Shown here in pieces: positions 12,110 to 21,051 of a stretch of 35,878 nucleotides of DNA. How positions within the stretch are numbered: the first letter of the stretch is position 1; each line of letters starts with the position of its first letter. The position numbers and the translations under genes were made by a program. Under the pieces are notes generated by a model. The model was not told the DNA's origin and made no database searches. It worked only from the letters and a program-made list of their open reading frames with translations. The stretch is from IMG/VR virus record IMGVR_UViG_3300027509_000009; one strand, 5' to 3'. Source of the stretch: a virus.

Positions 12110-13222
12110 TTATTTATTAGGGGTGAATCTCCCTCGTATAAAGGAATCAGCAACAATACTTATCGAATATGCTAATCCGGAGAATCTCAAATCTATCTCT
12201 TCGCCAGAAGTAACTTTAAACGCAGCAGATAGGCTAGTAACATACTCTTTGCCGGACTCGGACTGGAATCGCCAGTTATCAATAACATCAATCTTCTTAA
12301 CCCCATCGAGCCAAACACCCCAGCGCATAGAGTCGTCAGAGCCAGTACCACCTGTTATAGATAAAGTACCTGAAATGTCCAGCCACCCATCAGCAGGAGC
12401 AGTCCAAAGGTTGTTCGTTAAAGAGAAATTGTCCTCAGTGTCGGATTCTTCTTTAGCTTGCCATGTTATAACATGAGTTCCGTTATCTGATCCAGTCGTT
12501 TGAGTCGCAGTCTTTTCTGCAAAGAACATAATATCAGTAACTTTTTCTATTCTATCGTCAATCTCGGTTTGAGTGGCAGTAGATATAGGCTTGGCTAAAT
12601 CGCTAGTGTTGTCAACATTGCCTAGGCCAACATCAGCTTTTACCAAACTATGCCATTCAGTATCATAATCCGTACCACTGGCTTTTCTTATAACTTGACC
12701 AACAAGACCTCCTATAGCTACACCAGCACCGTCAGCACCATCTACCCCGTCAGCTCCTGCTGGACCAGTAGCCCCGTCATTGCCGTCTGTACCATTCGTG
12801 CCATCCACTCCATCAGCCCCATCTGCACCATCAACACCATCGTTGCCAGCTACGCCTTGGATACCCTGAATACCTTGTGGCCCAGTATCTCCAGTGTCAC
12901 CTTTAGGACCAGGAACAGTAGAGTCTGCGCCAGTGGCACCAGTAGACCCCGTAGCACCGGTTGCCCCTGTAGCGCCCGTAGGACCAGTAGGACCAACAGG
13001 ACCCGGCACAGTCGAATCTGCACCATCATTACCTGTTGCCCCAGTGTCACCCTTAGCTCCAGTAGCTCCAGTCGCACCCGTAGCACCAGTAGCACCCTTT
13101 AAAGCACCAGAGACTTCTACTGTTTTTGGTTCGGCTTTTTTTACCTCAATATTAACCTGGCTAGGCTTTGATACAGAGGCAGTTGTCCCCTTTTCAGATG
13201 ATACTGTTATTTCAGAGGCCAT
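12110..13222 (-). CDS. tail fibre protein with collagen-like Gly-X-Y repeats
   Basis: ORF track. Roughly 40 G-X-Y triplets are present ([22 protein letters not shown]...[10 protein letters not shown]...). They are followed by [17 protein letters not shown], a motif common after collagen-like stalks in phage fibres, and then by a C-terminal globular domain. Confidence 0.85.
   Translation of the reverse strand: MASEITVSSEKGTTASVSKPSQVNIEVKKAEPKTVEVSGALKGATGATGATGATGAKGDTGATGNDGADSTVPGPVGPTGPTGATGATGATGSTGATGADSTVPGPKGDTGDTGPQGIQGIQGVAGNDGVDGADGADGVDGTNGTDGNDGATGPAGADGVDGADGAGVAIGGLVGQVIRKASGTDYDTEWHSLVKADVGLGNVDNTSDLAKPISTATQTEIDDRIEKVTDIMFFAEKTATQTTGSDNGTHVITWQAKEESDTEDNFSLTNNLWTAPADGWLDISGTLSITGGTGSDDSMRWGVWLDGVKKIDVIDNWRFQSESGKEYVTSLSAAFKVTSGEEIDLRFSGLAYSISIVADSFIRGRFTPNK
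12722..13096 (-). repeat. coding 9-nt-periodic GGN-NNN-NNN collagen repeat tract with an internal duplication ([12 protein letters not shown] x2)
   Basis: It spans about aa 43-167 of the fibre. The low-complexity GNN periodicity also generates the spurious overlapping ORFs in the track. Confidence 0.85.
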
Positions 13223-13621
13223 TTAAGACCCTATTTTTAAGTCCGGATACACTACAACATCAAAGAAATCATCATTGCCTGGGAACGATGTTGGGTCACC
13301 CGAAACTGGCACAAGTTGGAACTCGCCTAAATAACTGAGTTCTGTTTGGCCGTTAAATATTATGCCGGTCGTTGCAGAACCAGGGAAGACACAGGTATAG
13401 CGTTTATACGCTGTATCCACGCCTCTCTTGGTTTTTGTGATGTCTGAGACATCTGCGGATGTAAAAGTGCCTGTAATGACTGCTTTTGAGTTCGTGCCGT
13501 CGTCATCGACAGCCGGTTTCGCTATAAACTGTAGGGTGTCGGTAGAGACATAGTCGTCCGCAGCAATATCAAAATAGTGCTCTATTCTGTCGCCTCTCTT
13601 GAATTCTATTGTCTTTCCCAT
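13223..13621 (-). CDS. hypothetical virion or fibre-associated protein, 132 aa
   Basis: ORF track, with the SD AAGGAGG upstream. It abuts the fibre gene start. Confidence 0.6.
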   Translation of the reverse strand: MGKTIEFKRGDRIEHYFDIAADDYVSTDTLQFIAKPAVDDDGTNSKAVITGTFTSADVSDITKTKRGVDTAYKRYTCVFPGSATTGIIFNGQTELSYLGEFQLVPVSGDPTSFPGNDDFFDVVVYPDLKIGS

Positions 13622-13629
13622 AAACCTCC

Positions 13630-13899
13630 TTAGTTGTTTTTGCCGTTATCTCTAACAGTAGTATTAACACCGACAGCACCAAGTCCGACAAGTATTGAAT
13701 CAACAATCCCTGCATCGATATCGCTTAGACTACCACCTAACACTGCGCCACCAATTACAGCGACAATAGTCAGAACACTCTTAATGCTCTTATTCCTAGC
13801 CTGAGAGCTAGTCGCAGCCAGAGCTGCTCTAATTAATTTATATAGTGAGCCGAAGCCTGATGCTCCTGCTGTTAGTAATGCTATATCAAATCCGTCCAT
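13630..13899 (-). CDS. putative holin-like membrane protein, 89 aa
   Basis: ORF track, with the SD AAGGAG upstream. It has Gly/Ala-rich hydrophobic segments (VLTIVAVIGGAVLGGSL, ILVGLGAVGV) and lies immediately downstream of the endolysin gene. Confidence 0.55.
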   Translation of the reverse strand: MDGFDIALLTAGASGFGSLYKLIRAALAATSSQARNKSIKSVLTIVAVIGGAVLGGSLSDIDAGIVDSILVGLGAVGVNTTVRDNGKNN

Positions 13900-13908
13900 A
13901 ATACTCCT

Positions 13909-14871
13909 TTATTTTTTAAATCCGAACGCTATCGCCACTTTGGTCAATAACTCTCTGATCCAACTTATATCTTTCTCGACACTATCTAGTCTATCATCTT
14001 GTTTCTTATTTACAGCCTCGACAGCCTCAATGTCTTTATCTTGAGCTACATCTATTTTAGTAGGTGTTGGCTTGGCAACTGGCTTTGGAGCAGTCTTGTT
14101 TTGAAAGACAGTCTTACCACTTAGAGTGATTATACCAACTTTACTGCCCAACTTGCCTTTAGCGTTGGCTAAAGTGCTGTATGCGCCAGTCTGCTTACCG
14201 CTAACCACTACCTTATAAAGAGGTTTAGCAACAGGTTTCTTATTCTCGAAAACAGTCTTATTGCTCAATGTGATTTTGCCGATAGTCTTACCGAGTTTTT
14301 TCTTGGCGTTAGTCAGGGTTGAATATGCGCCAGTCTGCTTGCTATTAACTACAACTTTATACAAAGGCTTAACAGGCTTTTTAAGTTTAGCCAATTCAGC
14401 GTCAACCATCTTAACAAACCTAGTCCAGCCGCGCTTTCTAGTTTCCATAGGACAGTTCTTGCCAGTCCAGTGATGATGTTGAACCATTTGCTTAGTAGTC
14501 CAGCCTCGCTCGTGTAGAATTGCTGCTGCTCGATGCGCTCCATTTATTTCAGCTTTAGTAAATCTACTACCGCCAGAGAGCGAATAACAGATCTCTAGGC
14601 CTATACTGGTATTATTGCCTTTACCATATGAGCCATCCCCAGCGTGAAATGCCATGCGATTATGAGAGATTGAGCGGACATTCTCTATATCGTCTATAGC
14701 TTCGTGATAAGCTGTAGCCATGTTATTACTAACCATATAGGCTATTTCGTTTCTTGCACTAGCATCGTTAGATGTGTTGTGGATCGTCAAACTCGTTGGT
14801 TTCATGGTCCTCGGACTCTTCCTTGCATATTTGCTCGTAGGAAGCCTGTTTGTTACTACTTTATAAGCCAT
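13909..14871 (-). CDS. endolysin: N-acetylmuramoyl-L-alanine amidase (Amidase_2/PGRP type) with two C-terminal wall-binding repeats
   Basis: ORF track. The catalytic-domain motifs are TIHNTSN, AYHEAIDD, AFHAGDG, SIGLEICY and HHHWTGKNCP. A duplicated 43-aa module follows. Confidence 0.9.
   Translation of the reverse strand: MAYKVVTNRLPTSKYARKSPRTMKPTSLTIHNTSNDASARNEIAYMVSNNMATAYHEAIDDIENVRSISHNRMAFHAGDGSYGKGNNTSIGLEICYSLSGGSRFTKAEINGAHRAAAILHERGWTTKQMVQHHHWTGKNCPMETRKRGWTRFVKMVDAELAKLKKPVKPLYKVVVNSKQTGAYSTLTNAKKKLGKTIGKITLSNKTVFENKKPVAKPLYKVVVSGKQTGAYSTLANAKGKLGSKVGIITLSGKTVFQNKTAPKPVAKPTPTKIDVAQDKDIEAVEAVNKKQDDRLDSVEKDISWIRELLTKVAIAFGFKK
14098..14370 (-). repeat. tandem duplication (period 144 nt / 48 aa) encoding KPLYKVVV-x-KQTGAYSTL-x-NAK... 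wall-binding (SPOR-like) modules
   Basis: Amino acids 168-210 and 216-258 of the endolysin are near-identical in pattern. Confidence 0.75.
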
Positions 14872-15344
14872 TATATCTTCTCCTCCTCAATTATTTTAAA
14901 TTCATTTGAACAAAAGTCTGCTGTTTTAACTTTGTCTCCAATGTCGAATGTGAATTCTTGGCAAAATATGTATGTGCCGGGAGCTTCTGGAGTATTGTCC
15001 GGAAATAGGTTTAGCTCAGTACAAGCATCGCCCTGTCTTTCATAACTGATGCCATCTGGCAGTGTTCGCTCCTTAACAGAGACAGATCGTCCATCTATAT
15101 CTCTGAAATAGTTTCTAATGTTCTCTCTGGCCACTATTCTGACTTTAGGCTCTCTACAAAAAATAAAAGGTATTTTTTCCTCTGTGGTGAACTCTTGATC
15201 TCCGCCAATTTCAAGGCTCTTCACATTCAAGAAGTAATTGCCGTTAAAAACATCATAATAGATATTCGTGATAGAAGATTGCACAAGTTGGAATCCCACT
15301 ACAAATATGACAAAAAATGCCAAACTGTTTAAAAATTGCTTCAT
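14871..15344 (-). CDS. hypothetical protein with N-terminal signal/anchor segment, 157 aa
   Basis: ORF track, with the SD GGAGG upstream. The N-terminus reads MKQFLNSLAFFVIFVVGFQLV. Its stop overlaps the endolysin start. Confidence 0.6.
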   Translation of the reverse strand: MKQFLNSLAFFVIFVVGFQLVQSSITNIYYDVFNGNYFLNVKSLEIGGDQEFTTEEKIPFIFCREPKVRIVARENIRNYFRDIDGRSVSVKERTLPDGISYERQGDACTELNLFPDNTPEAPGTYIFCQEFTFDIGDKVKTADFCSNEFKIIEEEKI

Positions 15345-15550
15345 TTCTTGCCTCCAAAGACTTTAGTTATATCGAAGTCTGCTGATACACCTACACCAAA
15401 AGCACCCATTATCACATACCAGGGGATCTGATCTGTAGCTTCGTGAGTCATAATAGCTAACCCCATTTTAATTATGAATAAAAGAGCTGCGCTCCCAAAC
15501 CCGATCAACTGTACTGTCCTTTTGGCTAATTTATCTTGTTTTTCTGACAT
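15341..15550 (-). CDS. putative two-TM holin-like protein, 69 aa
   Basis: ORF track, with the SD GGGAGGG upstream. Two hydrophobic segments are present (LIGFGSAALLFIIKMGLAI, WYVIMGAFGVGV), followed by a charged C-terminus. Confidence 0.6.
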   Translation of the reverse strand: MSEKQDKLAKRTVQLIGFGSAALLFIIKMGLAIMTHEATDQIPWYVIMGAFGVGVSADFDITKVFGGKK

Positions 15551-15685
15551 GCCTTATTCCCTCCCTTAATAGTAATCCGGTCAATATACCCATCAGGTAG
15601 ATTACTATGGTGTTTGTTAGTAGGCTCGCTATGAAACCTGTGGTCGCTACTGCTAATGTTAGTGCTGGTTTTGTTACTGTTTCCA
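15530..15685 (-). CDS. possible small one/two-TM membrane protein, 51 aa
   Basis: Hand translation: METVTKPALTLAVATTGFIASLLTNTIVIYLMGILTGLLLREGIRHVRKTR. The SD is weak. It overlaps the next gene by 21 nt and is below the ORF-track cutoff. Confidence 0.35.
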
Positions 15686-15689
15686 TGTT

Positions 15690-16406
15690 TTATACCCAAC
15701 CTGTTACATTCGCGACTATAGTGAACTGAACGAAGTCTCCTGATGATAAGTCGGCAGGTTCTACACCTACACTTCTTGCCATTCCGGCGGATGTAGTGTC
15801 TATCTGTACAATCCCGTTTCCTCCATCTGAGTAACCACAAGCGAATGACCTGCTTATGGATGCTATCCCCATAGCCGAAAGGTCTAACTGCACTAGGTTG
15901 GTGCTACCATCGCCCATTGCTGAACCAATTTCAAAACTGAAAGCAGCAGTCAATGTGCTACCCACAAGATTTATGTTCGCTATTGAGACTGTAGAAACAA
16001 TAGATTGCTCAGTGTAGGCAGAATCGTAGTTGGTTCTTTTTTGTCTACCATCGTTATCGTGAGCTACTCTTGCAAGCCTGACCAATTCATCCATCTGGTA
16101 TGTAGTAGGCTTGATAACTGCTATCTGACCCGAAGTGTTCCCTGTATCTGTATAGCCTGGAGCGTAGCCATCTATGACTATATCCCCAGAGTCTTCATGC
16201 CCATACATGACAGTCATACTATTAGGATCTATATAGTTTTCCACAGTTTTGTCGCCAGTGACGACTATGAACTTGTTCGGCAAGTTTTCCACAGAGTCGA
16301 CATCCAGGGTCGCAGCAGAGATAGCACGATCATTTTCGATGTTCATAACTACTGCTTCGCCTGTACCATCGCTCACACTCAGCTCGTCATAACCTCTATC
16401 TGACAT
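15690..16406 (-). CDS. hypothetical virion protein, 238 aa
   Basis: ORF track, with the SD GAGGAG upstream. It follows the capsid gene and its terminator. Confidence 0.65.
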   Translation of the reverse strand: MSDRGYDELSVSDGTGEAVVMNIENDRAISAATLDVDSVENLPNKFIVVTGDKTVENYIDPNSMTVMYGHEDSGDIVIDGYAPGYTDTGNTSGQIAVIKPTTYQMDELVRLARVAHDNDGRQKRTNYDSAYTEQSIVSTVSIANINLVGSTLTAAFSFEIGSAMGDGSTNLVQLDLSAMGIASISRSFACGYSDGGNGIVQIDTTSAGMARSVGVEPADLSSGDFVQFTIVANVTGWV

Positions 16407-16461
16407 TGTAACTCCTCATTGATTTAACTTGATTATAGCATAAACGAATATAATAGTTCAA

Positions 16462-16488
16462 TAAAAAAAGAGACCCCGGAGGGTCTCT
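16462..16488 (-). terminator. rho-independent terminator after the capsid gene
   Basis: Read on the minus strand: an 8-bp stem AGAGACCC/GGGTCTCT (16469..16476 with 16481..16488), a 4-nt loop, then TTTTTTT (complement of 16463..16469). Confidence 0.8.
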
Positions 16489-16509
16489 AATTTAGCTAAG
16501 AACTACTGA

Positions 16510-17355
16510 CTAAGGAGTTTCTTCAAGAGAAGCAACGCCGTCAACTTTCTTACTAAGAACGAATGTATCACCTCGATCGCGAAGTTGGATCTCAGTTCCG
16601 CCGAAGCCAGGAACTTTCTCGATCACAACCATACCATCCGTAGATGGGTCCATCTTAGGTTTAACATTAATCACAGCGTTCTTATCTGCAACAATCATGT
16701 AAACAGTAGCTGTTAGGTAAAGATCAGGTACTTCAACAATTTTAACGCCTTTATGCTTACCTAAGTAACCATTCTTTGCGTCGGCGTAACCTGTGTCAGC
16801 GCCTGTAAAGTTAATCTGATCGCTCAACTGGGCACCAAACTCATAACCAACCCATGCAACCATGTTACCGGCAACACCACCACCAGTACGCACTTTGTTG
16901 ATAGTTTGGGCAAAACGCAATGGGATTGTACTAGCTTCGGTAGCTAGATCAATCTCTATTTTGTTACCTGCAGGACGAGATGCAAGGATTTTAGCAAGGG
17001 AGTACGCATCGTGAGCAGGAATGAATACCTGGTCAACTTGCTGCATAGCAACCTTTTTGGTGAACTGACCGACAGGGATGTCTTGCATTTGGGTCTTCTG
17101 AATTCTCAAAAGCATTGACTTGTTATATGCAAGTGTCAATACCTGCTCTACAGGGACAACTAAATCAGCAGCACCAAAAGGAGCAGTTGAGTTAGCCTCA
17201 TCGTATGTAGCAAGAGAGCCATTAGCGATACTCAGTACGCGAATACTTTGAGCATCTTTATGTTTGTAGTTGTTGTCGCTAAGATAAGGGACTACTACTG
17301 AACTAATTTTCAGTGGAACATCCATTATGTTAGCAGTTCTTGTGCCGTATGCCAC
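16510..17355 (-). CDS. putative major capsid protein, 281 aa (GTG start)
   Basis: ORF track. GGAGG lies 8 nt upstream of the GTG. The gene has a dedicated strong terminator and sits in the morphogenesis block. The call rests on context, not on a recognised motif. Confidence 0.6.
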   Translation of the reverse strand: MAYGTRTANIMDVPLKISSVVVPYLSDNNYKHKDAQSIRVLSIANGSLATYDEANSTAPFGAADLVVPVEQVLTLAYNKSMLLRIQKTQMQDIPVGQFTKKVAMQQVDQVFIPAHDAYSLAKILASRPAGNKIEIDLATEASTIPLRFAQTINKVRTGGGVAGNMVAWVGYEFGAQLSDQINFTGADTGYADAKNGYLGKHKGVKIVEVPDLYLTATVYMIVADKNAVINVKPKMDPSTDGMVVIEKVPGFGGTEIQLRDRGDTFVLSKKVDGVASLEETP

Positions 17356-17469
17356 TTTAAACCTCCAAGTTTATCTAAATTTTAAGTAAAATACCCTTTT
17401 TGCTTAAAGACATTGTATATTAAAGACAACGACAAGCGCAATAGGATTTGTGGTAAAATAGCTATATCT

Positions 17470-18825
17470 ATGCAAATACCTCTATACTTTAACGCAAGAT
17501 GGTACCAATCTAAGGCTATAAGAGCACTAGAAAATGGTGCTAATTTCGCTGTCTGGTGTTGGTCAAGGCGAGGGGGCAAAGACTTAACTGCGTTCTGTTA
17601 TGGGATTAAGAAAGCTGTCGAAGCCCCGATGAATGTCGTGATTATCTGGCCTACCAAAGTCCAGGGGTTCAAGAACTTCTGGACGGCTGTGGATAACGAC
17701 GGGGTTGCTATCCTCGACCGGATCCCGGAGGGGCTGATAGCCAAGAAGAGCTCAACTAAAGACGACATGAGCATCACCCTGATTAACGGCTCGACCATAA
17801 CGCTGCTCGGAGCGACCGACCCGGACGCGCTTCGTGGAGCGAACGGAAAACTATATATACTCTCAGAATTTGTCGACCTCCCTCCTGGACTACTTGGTGT
17901 CTTGCGCCCTGTTGTTGCAGTTAACGGGGGTCAAATAATCATACAGTCGACACCGAAGATAGATGGTGTTTCTGGGGCTACATTCCAGAGATTATTCAAC
18001 TCAGCTAAAAAGAAAAAAGGCCAGTATGCGTCCCTTATTACAGCTAAAGAGTATCTCAGTGATGAGCAGTTAGAATCAGTCCGGCAGGAGTATATAGAGG
18101 AATATGGCAATGATTTCCTGTTTCGCCAAGAGTTCCTTTGCGACTGGGGTCAAACATCACAAACATCTTATTATGGAGAGGCTCTCAAAAAGATGCGAGA
18201 AGAGGGCAGAGAGGTCGGTCATGTTTATAATGACCAAGAAAAGGTCTACACTGCATGGGACCTTGGTAGGACCGCGATAGTGTTTTTCCAGTATTATTTA
18301 GTGAATAACAAGCCTCAGCTCCATATAATTGACTATTATGAGACTCATGTTATAGGTAACGAGCCAATAGCCAAATTCGTGCTCTCTAAGCCATACAATT
18401 ACGGATGGCACTTCTTCCCCCATGATGGTGCTGTAAAAGACCAGAGCGACGGCATAACGAGGTTAGAAAAATTCAGAGACTTTGGTTTGGTCAATTCTAG
18501 CCTACTAAGAAGAGAACCAGTCGAAGAGGGCATAAAAAGAGTGGTATCTATGCTTAAACTTACCATTATGGACACTTTGCTTGAGAAGACATTAAAAGCC
18601 AAGCTAGTGCTTTATAAGCGCAAGTTCAATGGCACCACAGGCAACTATGAGGGTCCAGATCAGAAGACCCAGGCTCATGGAGCGGATGCATTTAGGTATG
18701 TTGGTGTTGCTATTGAACAAGAGTTTAATCAAGAAACCTGCGAGCTTTATCACTCGCAGGTTGGACAGTCAGAACTTTATGAATCAGAAGAGATTCAGAC
18801 CAATATGTACTCTCCGAGTTACTAG
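17470..18825 (+). CDS. terminase large subunit
   Basis: Track ORF 17413..18825 starts at a TTG; the first ATG is at 17470. The N-terminal ATPase region contains WCWSRRGGKD and LYILSEFVD. The C-terminal nuclease region contains TAWDLGRT and the typical HGADAFRY motif. Confidence 0.85.
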   Translation: MQIPLYFNARWYQSKAIRALENGANFAVWCWSRRGGKDLTAFCYGIKKAVEAPMNVVIIWPTKVQGFKNFWTAVDNDGVAILDRIPEGLIAKKSSTKDDMSITLINGSTITLLGATDPDALRGANGKLYILSEFVDLPPGLLGVLRPVVAVNGGQIIIQSTPKIDGVSGATFQRLFNSAKKKKGQYASLITAKEYLSDEQLESVRQEYIEEYGNDFLFRQEFLCDWGQTSQTSYYGEALKKMREEGREVGHVYNDQEKVYTAWDLGRTAIVFFQYYLVNNKPQLHIIDYYETHVIGNEPIAKFVLSKPYNYGWHFFPHDGAVKDQSDGITRLEKFRDFGLVNSSLLRREPVEEGIKRVVSMLKLTIMDTLLEKTLKAKLVLYKRKFNGTTGNYEGPDQKTQAHGADAFRYVGVAIEQEFNQETCELYHSQVGQSELYESEEIQTNMYSPSY

Positions 18826-19136
18826 GCCTTAGTCTTCTGGTCTACTTTAGCGTTCTTCTTAGCTTCGGCTTGAGCAACTTTCATTGCCTTATTCCGAGAT
18901 TCAACAGGGGTTTCAGTCTCTTCAGAGTCTTCACCGCTATCTTCTTCTGCTGGTGCAGAATCTTTTTTAGCATTTTCTGCTGCTTCTTTTTGAGATGCTT
19001 CTTGTTCTTTTTTGCGATCCTCGGCTTCTTTAGCCTTTAGTTCTTTAGCTGCTTTTTCAGCTTCTGCAGCCTTTTTCTTCGCTGCATCTGTAGCGGTCTT
19101 AGTTGCATCATTTTGAGTTGTGTTTCCGTCTGCCAT
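18822..19136 (-). CDS. Lys/Glu/Ala-rich low-complexity protein, 104 aa
   Basis: ORF track, with the SD AAGGAG upstream. Its stop overlaps the terminase stop on the opposite strand. Confidence 0.6.
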   Translation of the reverse strand: MADGNTTQNDATKTATDAAKKKAAEAEKAAKELKAKEAEDRKKEQEASQKEAAENAKKDSAPAEEDSGEDSEETETPVESRNKAMKVAQAEAKKNAKVDQKTKA

Positions 19137-19148
19137 AATTATGACTCC

Positions 19149-19691
19149 TTATTTCTTATTAGGTTTACTAGTAGAGCTTTGCTCTGGACTAATATTACCA
19201 TTCGCAGGGGGTGTTTGGGTAGGAGAAGCTGGAATTTTAGCTTTAGCAGTATCTTCATCTGCTGGGGTGTCAGGACTCTCAACACTCTGGCCACCATTTT
19301 CTTTTTCTTTGGCTATTAGTTCATCTCTTTTTTTCTGCTCATCTTTCAGTTTTCGCACATCTGCTTCATAGATTTCCCCAAAATCTTTATCAGATTTTTC
19401 AACGCCAGTGTTCTTCTTATCGTTGATATTAGAGATGTGTAGCAGGACATCAGTCTCTGTGACATTCTCTAATAAAACCTTACGAGCGTTTGCAATCGCT
19501 TGCATTTGCGTTGGATCTTTCAATATACGCTCAAGTTCGACAATCGTCTCAGGCGCTATTCTCCACCCTAAGTCCTGCCCTTGATGGGCATTTGGGTTGC
19601 GATCGCTGGTATTAAAGTGAGCTGCAATCATTGGCTCTGTTTCGCAGTTTCTTCTTTCACCGCTCTTTATGTTAAAAAATGTTAATGACAT
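19149..19691 (-). CDS. hypothetical morphogenesis-block protein, 180 aa
   Basis: ORF track, with the SD AAGGAG upstream. Confidence 0.65.
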   Translation of the reverse strand: MSLTFFNIKSGERRNCETEPMIAAHFNTSDRNPNAHQGQDLGWRIAPETIVELERILKDPTQMQAIANARKVLLENVTETDVLLHISNINDKKNTGVEKSDKDFGEIYEADVRKLKDEQKKRDELIAKEKENGGQSVESPDTPADEDTAKAKIPASPTQTPPANGNISPEQSSTSKPNKK

Positions 19692-19705
19692 ATAATCTCC
19701 TTTAT

Positions 19706-20761
19706 TTAATCTTCGTAATATTCTTTAGCAGCCTGTGCCCACTCTTTTTCTTCTGGGTCCATGTTGTCGCTCTGACTATTGTTAGAGAGTAAATCCTCTC
19801 TGTCAGATTGTGTTTTTTTCTTTTTCTTACTGACTTCTGCTTTCTTCTTAGCAACGACCTCTGCTTCTTCTTCGCCCTCCTTACTCTTGGCTATTTCGGC
19901 ATTTATCTGCTCGACATAAGGGGGTAAAACAGCATCGTAAAAAGACTTCATCGATACTGGCGCGCTGGTAATAATGCCAGTGTTCTTGTCTATAACAAGC
20001 GTTTTCCTGTACTCAGCCATGATTTTCTTGCTCAAGTTTGGCATATTGTCCAAAACTTTGCCGTACTCAGCTTTAACAGAATCAGCTTCATCTTTAACTC
20101 TTATGTTCTCACCAACGATATTTTCTATCTTAGAAGATACTTCGTCCTGCTGTTTCTCTAAGTGCCTCTGCGCTTGCATCAGCCACTGGGTAGCCTCTAC
20201 GGCAGTGAAATTGGTCTCTGTAGCTGGGTTCTGCAACGCCATAACATCTGCGATTGAGGTGATTGGGTCTCCGTCGGCATCAAGTAATTCAGTGGGTATT
20301 TCAGAAAACATCTGTTCACGAACATCTGCCGCGATTTCTTTTCGGTCGGCTTCAATCTCGAGTTGAGTTGTCCTTTGCAGCCTCTCTGCTTCGCGAGGAT
20401 CTAAAACTGGTTTTTCTTCTGGTGTATCCTCTTCATCTTCTTCTGCTTCTTCTGCTTTTTCTGGGTCAGAATCTTTTTCATCACCATCATCCCCTGGCTC
20501 TTCCTCGGGATTTTCTTTTTTCTCAGATTTCTTTTCTGGGTCGTCATCTTCTTTGTCAGGTTTTTCTTCCTCACCATCTTTCTCAGGCTTCTCCTCATCT
20601 TCCTCGTCATCATCGTCCTCGTCATCATCATCTTTTGGCTCTGATATCTCTACATCTTTGTCGGCAAGGAATTCAGCAGTCGCTTCTTCCCACTCATCAG
20701 CCTCAGTATTCTCGACTTCATCACCACCTGTAGCGTCGTTGTTTACTTCATCTGGATCCAT
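19706..20761 (-). CDS. putative scaffolding protein with extremely acidic N-terminal third
   Basis: ORF track. It lies between the portal and capsid genes. The first ~120 aa are D/E-rich, for example DDDDEDDDDEEDEEKPEKDGEEEKPDKEDDDPEKK. The function is inferred from position and composition. Confidence 0.55.
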   Translation of the reverse strand: MDPDEVNNDATGGDEVENTEADEWEEATAEFLADKDVEISEPKDDDDEDDDDEEDEEKPEKDGEEEKPDKEDDDPEKKSEKKENPEEEPGDDGDEKDSDPEKAEEAEEDEEDTPEEKPVLDPREAERLQRTTQLEIEADRKEIAADVREQMFSEIPTELLDADGDPITSIADVMALQNPATETNFTAVEATQWLMQAQRHLEKQQDEVSSKIENIVGENIRVKDEADSVKAEYGKVLDNMPNLSKKIMAEYRKTLVIDKNTGIITSAPVSMKSFYDAVLPPYVEQINAEIAKSKEGEEEAEVVAKKKAEVSKKKKKTQSDREDLLSNNSQSDNMDPEEKEWAQAAKEYYED

Positions 20762-20763
20762 TG

Positions 20764-21051
20764 TTACCCTTTCCTTAAGTTTTTAACCGCATCAATCGCT
20801 GAGTCAACCTGCTCATCTATGGGAGCTAATATAGCATAAGCTTTCTGCCTAGCCAATATTTCTATCTGTACATTCCCAACATCTTTGGCATCAACGCTAT
20901 TAAAATCCATCCTTAATCTATCCATTCCACCTTTCAAATGCTTAGAGACGGCCGTTAAGGTCGTATAATCAGCCTCGTCATTATCAGTGGCGAGGTCTGG
21001 AGCTGGCGCTGCTGCTGGTGAAAAAAATGGTATTTCTTCGTCTTGATTCAT
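20764..21051 (-). CDS. hypothetical protein, 95 aa
   Basis: ORF track, with the SD AAGGG upstream. It is the first gene after the internal promoter-like sequence. Confidence 0.6.
   Translation of the reverse strand: MNQDEEIPFFSPAAAPAPDLATDNDEADYTTLTAVSKHLKGGMDRLRMDFNSVDAKDVGNVQIEILARQKAYAILAPIDEQVDSAIDAVKNLRKG

Noticed and set aside
12722-13096. Regular short DNA repeats that could be mistaken for a CRISPR array or a non-coding tandem repeat.
   Set aside because: The period is 9 nt and there is no repeat-spacer structure. The tract lies entirely inside an open reading frame encoding Gly-X-Y triplets.
12650-13226. Plus- and minus-strand ORFs overlapping the fibre gene (12650..13102, 12894..13226, 12850..13095, 12123..12476).
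   Set aside because: They are artefacts of the GGN-NNN-NNN collagen periodicity and of antisense reading. Their translations are low-complexity ([15 protein letters not shown]). The collagen frame is the only one with an SD and a coherent C-terminal domain.
15526-15840. 104-aa minus-strand ORF rich in Arg and Cys.
   Set aside because: It overlaps the 3' end of 15690..16406 and the small membrane-protein genes in another frame. It has no SD and an implausible composition.
20263-20786. Three ORFs (156, 76 and 77 aa) overlapping the acidic N-terminal part of 19706..20761.
   Set aside because: They are alternative-frame or antisense readings of GAn/GAT-rich repeats, giving poly-Ser, poly-Leu or basic low-complexity peptides. 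None has an SD.
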